DNA of 63,172 nt, counting the filler, from Trichomonas gallinae (lineage: Eukaryota): assembly GCA_008369845.1 (NCBI GenBank). It is 8 parts of 8 records of this genome, joined end to end, with 100 filler letters (N's around TTAATTAATTAA, not from the genome) between each part and the next. Parts side by side here need not be neighbours in the genome. Positions count along the whole stretch, not along the records: positions 52,805 to 60,074 come from MRSU01000173.1; positions 60,175 to 61,380 come from MRSU01000179.1; positions 61,481 to 63,172 come from MRSU01000186.1; 5 more parts are not named here. One strand, given 5' to 3'. Below, in pieces: positions 54,937-63,172 of this stretch. The notes under the pieces are model-generated. The model was given only the letters and a program-made list of their open reading frames with translations, did not search any database and had not been told where the DNA came from. The first letter of the stretch is position 1, and each line of letters starts with the position of its first letter. The position numbers and the translations under genes are program-made.

Positions 54937-55515
54937 TCAGAACGAATCTGAAAATTCAAAATCATGGAATATTTCTTCGTTTAGATCGTTCATATCGAAA
55001 GTATTGGGAGTATTTGGAGATAGTATTACATCGGAACCACTATAGTTCTTTTTCTTTTGAATATCAATTTGTTGTTCAGTAGTATTCGCGTTAATATCCA
55101 TTAGACTTGCTTGTATATCCAAGGAATTATCAGTTATATTGGTTATTGACAGTTTATTTGCTTGCTCATATTCCAATTTTTCTCGTATTCTTTGAAATTT
55201 TCTTTGATTTAAATGTATTCTATTCCTTATACAGTTTGGAGCTCTGTTAGGCATGAACTGGGCTATTAATGACCATCTGCTTCCAAATCGAATGTAAAGT
55301 TGCTCCAAAGCTTTATCTTCTTCTTTAGACCAAGGCTTATGCGTAACAAGTGGACAAACATAATTAATCCATCTTTCTCTGCATTGTCTTGGTGTTCGAT
55401 TCGGAATGTTTCTTGCGATCAAGTCCCAGTCACCAGTACCATACTGCATAATCACTGAATATAGTATTTCATCCTCCCTCCTCGAGAATCGTGACTTCGG
55501 ATGTGAGTGATTCAT
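54937..55515 (-). CDS. R2R3-Myb transcription factor
   Basis: FSRREDEIL..YG..DW..IA..IPNRTPRQCRERWINY; WSKEED..L...FGSRWSLIA...NRAPNCIRNR; ATG 55515 after Inr TCATTTT. Confidence 0.95.
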   Translation of the reverse strand: MNHSHPKSRFSRREDEILYSVIMQYGTGDWDLIARNIPNRTPRQCRERWINYVCPLVTHKPWSKEEDKALEQLYIRFGSRWSLIAQFMPNRAPNCIRNRIHLNQRKFQRIREKLEYEQANKLSITNITDNSLDIQASLMDINANTTEQQIDIQKKKNYSGSDVILSPNTPNTFDMNDLNEEIFHDFEFSDSF

Positions 55516-56617
55516 CAAGCGAAAATGAAGGAAAATTTGACAAAAATCATATAGTATCATCTATATATATAATAACTAATAAACAATAAAAATAACGATT
55601 TTTCATTTTTTAATAATCGTTTCCCATTGAAATCCTTCCTCACAAATTATATTTTTCAATCAAAATTCAAAATTATAAGAAGAACTCATAGTAAAATCAC
55701 ATAATATGGACAATTCTTCAGATTTGTATTTTTTGTGAATTTCTCAAAAATTCCAAAAATAAAATTGCAAAAATATACTACTCTATCAATGGCTTCATAT
55801 TTTATTTTGAATGAGTGATGGGTATTTGTAAAGTGTCAAAAATCATTAGCAAAATAAAACAATCAATTTCGTTGAATGCTACTCAATACACTTGATTGAT
55901 ATGTCACAAATCCTTTATTTCTTGATTCCTGATCATTTTCTGTAATTTTGAATTTTGTATTTTTTAAACTCTGAACTATTTTGCTTTAATATTGAGTCTC
56001 ATAATATCATAATGATACAATGGCTGGTGACGCTAGAAATTCGAAAGTTTCCATGATTATGAAATTAATTTGCAAATTTCATGTTGATGAATTGACATTA
56101 TAAAGATAATATTATGTTGTAATTCCGTGGAATACATGATAGAAATCGAATCAATATATTGATCTACTTATGAATGAAAATGAAGAATTATGCATTGAAG
56201 AAATGAACATTTCTTTGATGAATGATAAGCGATTTTGATTATAATAATTCTATTTAATTGAAGCGCAAATGATTTTCTTTTTAATTACTAATTTATTTGT
56301 TATTGATTGTATAGATTGAATTATTGTAATCACTAAATGCCTATGTAATACTTCACTTGTAAAACATATTAAATTTTTATCACTGCGTAAAATGAATGAA
56401 TGCTGATGTTATTTATCGTTTCATGATTCAATTTTTGATAGAAAAAATTACGATAAACAATAATACAATAAATCCTCAGAAAATGAAATTGTTCTTTTCC
56501 ACGTTGTTTTTCTGTACAATAATGCTTTAAAAGTATTAATTATTTTGTGAATTAATTGTACAATGAATTGTGTTCGTTTTGTATTTTCATAACGCGATCA
56601 ATTTTCATTTTTAAATA

Positions 56618-57157
56618 ATGGCTATTCCAGTCATTCGTGCAAGAAGATCAATAAGATGCTATGATCCAGATTATACTATTCCAGATGAGGACATTCAATC
56701 AATTCTTGATGCTGCAATTTGTTGTCCAAGCACTTTAAATTGCCAAGACATTGACATTGTTGTTGTCAAAAACAAAGAAATCTTGCAGAAAATGAATGAC
56801 GCTGTATTCGCAAAACTCGATGAGAAGACTGCAGAAAGATTCATCAACCGTCAAAAAAGATATCAGACAAGTCAGAAAATTATGTATGACTGCTCAGCAT
56901 GCATTCTGTTGGTAAAGAACGAGCGCGCATACGGGATGGAGATGATGAATGCTGGAATTCTATTGATGGGAATTCTCACAGCTGCAACAGACCTTGGACT
57001 AGGTTCAGTTCCAATGGGAATCCTTGTTTGCCATCAAGTTGAAGAGATCTGTGGACTAAAGAAAGGTTCACTTCTCATGGGAATCGGCCTTGGAAAAACA
57101 AAATCAAATGATATTAATCCAAAGCAAAATCTAAGGAAAATAAGCTTCATTGAATAA
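56618..57157 (+). CDS. Nitroreductase family protein
   Basis: IRARRSIRCY, ILDAAICCPSTLNCQ, AATDLGLGSVPMG; Inr TCATTTTT upstream. Confidence 0.92.
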   Translation: MAIPVIRARRSIRCYDPDYTIPDEDIQSILDAAICCPSTLNCQDIDIVVVKNKEILQKMNDAVFAKLDEKTAERFINRQKRYQTSQKIMYDCSACILLVKNERAYGMEMMNAGILLMGILTAATDLGLGSVPMGILVCHQVEEICGLKKGSLLMGIGLGKTKSNDINPKQNLRKISFIE

Positions 57158-57406
57158 ACATACTCTAATATTTAAATAGCATATTATCATTGTTGCTCGA
57201 TAAATTTCAAAACTCGAGTTTAAAATTTTCCATTTTTATATAGTACTCAGATAATTATTCTATGAGATTTCTCAATTACTCTGTCTCTTTGTTGTCCATT
57301 TAATGTGATGAAATTTACGATTTATAATGGATATTTTAACAACTTGCATTTTATTGCAATCATTATTCATAACAATTAAGTTGTTATAAATCATTTATGT
57401 TTTTAT

Positions 57407-58405
57407 TCACTCAACAAAAATTTTAAGCCCATCTAGAATAGCGAACCAAACTATAATGGCAGGAACACATAAAATGGAAGTCCATAATATCATTGTTGAT
57501 GCAACATTGTCACCAATTCCAGCTGTGCTTGTTAAAGCATAAGTCGCAACAGCTGTCGGCTGAGCACCAATGATAACACATTGACGTGCAATATGTGCCT
57601 CCATCTTCAGAGCCATGCACCAGAACAGAGCCAGAAGAGGACCAATGAAGAACCTAACAACGATGCAAAATATCAATTGATACCATTTGCAAGATAGGAG
57701 AGAATGCTGAGACAAAAACACACCAACAGCAACAAGACCGAATGAGAAAACCATGTCGCCTGAATATTGCAGATATTTCTCGACAAAAATCGGATAAGGA
57801 ATCTTCAGACAAGAATAAATCAAACCTACTACATTACCAATAAGAATTGGCGATTTAACTACTTTGAATAAGACTTGAAGGATGATTTTGAAAGAAAACT
57901 TTTGAGGTGGAAGACCCTCTGCTTTTCTTTTTGCATTTTGTTCAATCACTTGATAAACTCCGACTAGTATCAAATAGATTGGTGATGAGATAAGATCATT
58001 GGCAATCATCATCATGTTCACCATAACACTCTCTTTTACATCCCACAATGCATTGAAAACAGGAGTTCCGGAAATGATGTAATTGATGTAACAGCATGGA
58101 AAAACTGTTGCTAAGTATGCTGCGAACTTATTCTTGAATGGATAAATCATCAATAATGTCAACAAAATATAAGTTGAAATACTCATTAGCGCAGCAATTC
58201 CAAATGGTCTGAAGTCTAGTTCTCTAATGTTCTTTGGAGCAATGCCTCGAATAATGAGCTGCATGAAACCTGCAAAGAAATAAACTCCATTGAGTGCTGA
58301 GCTGTCTTTCCGATTTACAACTCTCATTTTACCAAGTATGAAACCAACAGCGATGATCAGTAGCATTGATACTCCAACTTGAATCACATTAGAGTAATTT
58401 GTCAT
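57407..58405 (-). CDS. Auxin efflux carrier (AEC/PIN-like) family membrane transporter
   Basis: About 10 TM; INYIISGTP, KSPILIG, VVRFFIGP, AQPTAVATY; probable ATG 58405 (MTNYS). Confidence 0.88.
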   Translation of the reverse strand: MTNYSNVIQVGVSMLLIIAVGFILGKMRVVNRKDSSALNGVYFFAGFMQLIIRGIAPKNIRELDFRPFGIAALMSISTYILLTLLMIYPFKNKFAAYLATVFPCCYINYIISGTPVFNALWDVKESVMVNMMMIANDLISSPIYLILVGVYQVIEQNAKRKAEGLPPQKFSFKIILQVLFKVVKSPILIGNVVGLIYSCLKIPYPIFVEKYLQYSGDMVFSFGLVAVGVFLSQHSLLSCKWYQLIFCIVVRFFIGPLLALFWCMALKMEAHIARQCVIIGAQPTAVATYALTSTAGIGDNVASTMILWTSILCVPAIIVWFAILDGLKIFVE

Positions 58406-59168
58406 TGATGGAAAATAAAGAATTAGTTTGAAAGTTTCTTGGATCAATAACATTCTTTCAATTTAAACATTTGAAACAGAATCAAGTTTTGTCATTTGAA
58501 ACCTAAACAGTGCTGCATAGCTATTAATATGTTATCGATCAACAGATTGAAACCTCATTGAATTTTCTATACAAAAACAATATTTATTCAATTTTCAAAC
58601 TAAAGCAACAATTGTCAAGCCTGTGATGTTATCTAAATCAATTCTATGATATATGCATAGATAATATCTTTGTTCGAAATGATGAGTTATACCTCTTATA
58701 TCAATTCAATTTTCTCATTATTGCCTAATATTAATATGTAATCATTAAATTCATGGTAGTATCATACAATACTGTTGCTTATTATAGAACCTTTATATTG
58801 GCATCGAGATATGTGAAAATATAGTTTTTATAATTAGAAAAATAGATTTGCAGAATGCCAATGATATCACTCTATATATAACTATTTCTATAGTTGATTG
58901 TCTATATTTATCCTATCAATTTTCATAATAAGAATAATTTTGTATTAATTGCAAGCATAATCCAAAGAACGGGTAATCCATAGTTTTCAATTGCTGTCGG
59001 TGATGTTATTATATAATGATAAATCATCGGAATTGGTTATTTAAATTATGGAATATGGATTATAGGATTTAAAGAAAAACTATATTAAATTTTTCTGCAT
59101 TTAAACGTAAAAAACAATACAACAAACATATAACATGGAAATAAACGAAAAAACGAAAAAGTATAATA

Positions 59169-59744
59169 TTAACGCGATCTCGGAGATGCCTCGTTGTATT
59201 TCTTCTTTCTTTCGTTATATTTAATGATTTCTCCGGTGACAGTTTCTGTAAATTGAATGACTGTTTCAGGATCTGAATCTTTAATGATAATCAGCTCTAA
59301 CTCTGTTGCACTTATATGGGATCTGAATTCTGATACCTGTAGCTCGTTATTGCAAATGAGTACAACGTATAAAGACCCTTTTGATCCGATTTGTTTCAAA
59401 AACCAGTTGAGAGTCTTAATATTGAGTAACATTGTTGGTCTTTCTCGTATATCTGCCAAATATATATGCATTGCGCATTCATTTGTTTTGTTTGTTATTT
59501 CTTTTCCCCAATATTTACGTAACGATCTTTGATTCGGTATATCAATAAAACGTGCATTGAGATTGAAATTTCCTGCTGATGTTGTTGTTGCCTCAGAGCC
59601 CATAACTCCAGCAGAAACGAGCTTGGTCAAAGTTAATTTGACATTTCCAGGCAAGAAAAAGAGTTTAATGGGGGCCTTGGTGACAGGAGCTCTATTTGTT
59701 GGACTTTGTTTAGCTTCAGATGCTGTACTATGCCCGCAACCCAT
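59169..59744 (-). CDS. N-acylated (MGCGHS) small protein with degenerate Arf/G-alpha-like GTPase fold
   Basis: MGC myristoylation/palmitoylation leader; FIDIPNQRSLRKYW resembles switch II DxGGQRSxRxxW; HIYLAD and LICNN at the beta4/G4 positions. Confidence 0.65.
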   Translation of the reverse strand: MGCGHSTASEAKQSPTNRAPVTKAPIKLFFLPGNVKLTLTKLVSAGVMGSEATTTSAGNFNLNARFIDIPNQRSLRKYWGKEITNKTNECAMHIYLADIRERPTMLLNIKTLNWFLKQIGSKGSLYVVLICNNELQVSEFRSHISATELELIIIKDSDPETVIQFTETVTGEIIKYNERKKKYNEASPRSR

Positions 59745-59932
59745 TGGATTATTTTATAACGTGCAAAAATGTGACAAAATGATTACATCAGCACTTTTCT
59801 ATAATTTTTTTTTTCTTCCATCATTTCTCATATGAAATAGACTGTTTATATTGAACTTATTTTAAAATTTCAGCGAAATATATGCACATGTACAGTTAAG
59901 TGAGTTTTTGTGCAGTGAATTTTTGCTCGTTT

Positions 59933-60074
59933 AAATGTACTTCAACTGAAAATACGTTATTTTAGGACCCAAAAATTTGGTCTCGACGTAATCAATGCGC
60001 TTCTTTTATGCTACACTTAGACTTTAAACAAACGATCAATTAATATACTACTACATAATCGCCCGTAGAATCTA
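59933..60074 (-). mobile_element. Terminal ~140 bp of a repeated element (copy 2, inverted)
   Basis: Reverse complement matches 39603-39743. Confidence 0.75.
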
Positions 60075-60174
60075 NNNNNNNNNNNNNNNNNNNNNNNNNN
60101 NNNNNNNNNNNNNNNNNNTTAATTAATTAANNNNNNNNNNNNNNNNNNNNNNNNNNNNNNNNNNNNNNNNNNNN
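60075..60174. other. Artificial contig linker
   Basis: N44-TTAATTAATTAA-N44. Confidence 0.97.
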
Positions 60175-60332
60175 TAGTCGATACTCATTAAAATCAGTCT
60201 TACTTCTACAGTGAGTTCCTAAGGAGCTCATATGATACTTGGCGTCAACAAAATCTATCAATAAAATTAATTAAATAAACAAAAGTTGCAACCTTATTAA
60301 AAAATAATGAGCCGATAAAATTTAGCGGTTAA

Positions 60333-61030
60333 GGGTCTGTTCCGGTCAAATAGTGGCCTATCGTCGCGTGTTTATTTTTCATTTTTTGCACCTATTTAGG
60401 TACAAAAAACACGAAAAATACGACTTTATTCCATTCGATTTATCTGAGGAAGAGGATGAAATCTTCCAAAGATGAAGGCTTCAATTTTAAAATACAAATC
60501 TAGCAAGAAAATTATTTCAATTTATCTATAATTATATTGATTTTTTGTACTATCTGTAACCTATTAAATCATTTGGTAACATAATTTTTGCAAATACTAC
60601 TGTAATTATTGAAGACTTCGAAATTATTTTGTTTTAGATTGCCCTGCCAATCATTATGACTAAAGGAATATACGTGTTTGGATTGATCTATATAAAATCC
60701 ATTGATTGACTAAATGCATCCCTTAGCAAAAATGTTCAAAAAATGATCAAGCAATTGTAATTCACTATTTCGTTGAAATTTTTGTTTCTATGTATGACTG
60801 TATTATAAATATTTAAATTAGAACCATAGTTAAAATAAATTTAAGAGGTTTTGGAAAAAAACTTTAAACAAGAGATATGCTTTAAATCGTTTGCATAGGT
60901 CATATGCTTTCTTGGATAAGGGGTTGTCGTACCCAATTTCTATATAAAATGCGAACAAAATTCTGGGGAAAACGATAATACCTATCGTCATCTCAATTTT
61001 TCTGAGCTGCTATTTGGCCGGAGCGGAGCC
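60333..61030. mobile_element. Complete non-autonomous Kolobok-type DNA transposon (MITE), 698 bp, TTAA TSD
   Basis: TTAA (60329-60332) + GGGTCTGTTCCGGTCAAATAG ... CTATTTGGCCGGAGCGGAGCC + TTAA (61031-61034); imperfect 21-bp TIRs (17/21); GG...CC termini; no ORF. Confidence 0.78.
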
Positions 61031-61380
61031 TTAAAATATAAACTCATTGTTTTTCATTCAAATTTTATTTTTCGTTTTTTTCGTTCGTTCGAATAATATT
61101 ACAATATTTGAATGTAAACAATGACATTATATTTTATAGAAAATTAGATTGGCTGTCAATAATAAATAGGCCATTTCTTAACTTAAAAAATCATAATTGT
61201 CACGTAATAAAATTATTTTTTTTTTTTTTTTTGGTAAATTTTTTTTCTACGCATTGGATTTTACGTATGGAGCGTATCATTAGTCACAATAAAAGGGGGG
61301 AACTCTTTTTCCACTTTTTCGATGACTTGCGTGTTCAGCAAACTTTTCTTCAGAATGAGTCGCGAGGATTTTATTGCTGC

Positions 61381-61480
61381 NNNNNNNNNNNNNNNNNNNN
61401 NNNNNNNNNNNNNNNNNNNNNNNNTTAATTAATTAANNNNNNNNNNNNNNNNNNNNNNNNNNNNNNNNNNNNNNNNNNNN
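61381..61480. other. Artificial contig linker
   Basis: N44-TTAATTAATTAA-N44. Confidence 0.97.
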
Positions 61481-61519
<39 letters not shown>

Positions 61520-61520
<1 letters not shown>

Positions 61521-63172
61521 GTCTGGTAGTGATTGAAGCAACATATTGAAACTTGAACTATAGCATCATTGGTCTTCTCCAATGTAGCTACATAAGTATC
61601 GTGTGAAATACTTGTTCACTCATCGAGTTGAAAAAATTCGTTGCATCAAAGTTTTGTTCAAAACGCTCAGACAAATACGGAATACAAGAACTTCTACATT
61701 TCTCTACGCATTGCTATATTGCGATCTTTTTTACAGTTTAAAATTTCCTCCGGTTGAAAAAGATTAATAATATAGTTTAACGATAATTAAAGAGTTAATT
61801 ACAGAGAGTGATATAAGTCACCTCACACATTGAAATGCACTAGCTTACATCCCGTTATCAAAATTTCAATTGTTATTTTCGAAAGGATTGGCAATATTTG
61901 AACATACACCATAGAACCATTGTTTAAATCTTCGATATCTTATCTTTTACAAGTCACTTCCCTTAAGGATGCTTATTTGCATTTTTATAAACAAGCTCAT
62001 CCACAAAATGCATAAATAAATATAATTGATTTGTAATGTTATTTCCATACATGTTTATTTTTTCAATGAGATCCTCAATATTTTTACCCAATTCAAAAAA
62101 TCAACGATCAGCATTGAACCGTTTCGTCCATCTTTGATGATAAAGTAGTATAATGAGAGTTTATGCCTACATTCTTGATGAAATCCTCATTTATTCTCGG
62201 ATTTTACGTACCTACATTTTTCTACTATGCTTAAGGTTTATCATACAATAAAATACCCTTAATTGGAATAGAAAAACGCATGAATTCACCAGTTTGATTC
62301 ATTAAATACGCAATACATGCTCCTACTTGTACCAAAGTGTCAATAACACGATAATTTATTATCAACATTGTTATAAGTTGAAACAAAATTCGCTCATTGA
62401 AATACGATAATCATTTTTAATTAGAATAGCTAATTTTCATTAAAAAATATCATCATGGAAACATAGCTGTGTTTTTACAACGATAATTAACTATTCTTGC
62501 CGATAATAATTATTTCGATTTATAAAAACCATTAAACACAATACAGTTCGATATTAGTACGTATACAAAGCATAAATGATAATTTGCTGAATTTAAAAGT
62601 CATTGAAATGCCTAAGATGAAAAATTGTGAAAAAAATAATAGAAATCAATAGAGTTCCGATCAATGTCGCAATTTTGTATTAAATAGTGATTACATATGT
62701 AATATTTTAGATGTTTTTGATCATTATTAAAGCATTTGAATTTATTACATAATGAAAATCTTCCTTCAATCAGCTCAGGATTGGCATATATGATACTTAA
62801 TTTTGTCAATATATATATATTACAATTTACACGTAATTTTACTTTTTCAAGTACACACAGGAGCTATAGCTGTGCACATGACTTATCTTCCTTGCCTCAT
62901 ACCAAAAACTCATCAAATATCTGAAATTGTTGAAATCAAATTTAAAAATGGCATATTTTTCCCGGTATTCTTATTATTTCATCCAATTGCACATGATATA
63001 CCTTAAAAACATTAATAGAAAAGTCTCATAAATTTCAAATATAATAAAATACTAATAAACTGTTGTTGTATAGTTCGGAAATATGAATAGGGTTGACAAA
63101 ATTGTTAATGTTGCCATTGCATGAATGTTCTTGATAGTTCTTCTTGTCGATGTTCATTCTTATCTCTGCGAA
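61520..63172 (-). pseudogene. Degraded coding-like sequence of unknown family
   Basis: Short interrupted minus-strand frames (e.g. 62612-62809; SCIPYLSERFEQNF; RVIDTLVQVGACIAYLM); no intact gene. Confidence 0.25.

Noticed and set aside
17817..61480. Seven palindromic TTAATTAATTAA motifs embedded in Ns
   Set aside because: Identical 100-bp synthetic linkers with six-frame stops; assembly artefact, which also voids gene-neighbourhood arguments across them
62590..62809. Maverick polB relic suggested by YFFHNF
   Set aside because: Single short motif; no other polymerase motifs nearby

Overview
AT-rich, apparently intron-free eukaryotic DNA from a trichomonad parabasalid (Trichomonas vaginalis or a close relative). 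The assignment rests on TCA(T/C)TT initiator elements just before start codons, an IBD-domain protein, four BspA-like LRR genes, a TM adenylyl-cyclase-family gene, MATE, Myb and nitroreductase genes. The window is eight contigs joined by seven artificial 100-bp linkers (N44-TTAATTAATTAA-N44), so adjacency across linkers is unproven. It holds about 25 protein genes or partial genes, one tRNA-Asp(GTC), several pseudogenes and coding relics, a complete TTAA-flanked Kolobok-type MITE and several transposon termini at contig ends. Most notable observations: (1) a Cys + spacer + hydrophobic C-terminal tail shared by unrelated surface-protein families, a candidate anchoring signal in a lineage reported to lack GPI synthesis; (2) three apparent pseudoenzymes (cyclase, acylated Arf/G-alpha-like GTPase, Fe-ADH missing its metal-ligand Asp); (3) BspA genes with long intact bodies but broken starts; (4) dispersed ~20-bp-phased TTAC(A/G)TG(A/T)CA arrays; (5) a DENND11-like protein ending in CC. 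All family calls come from motif recognition by eye; no database search was run.
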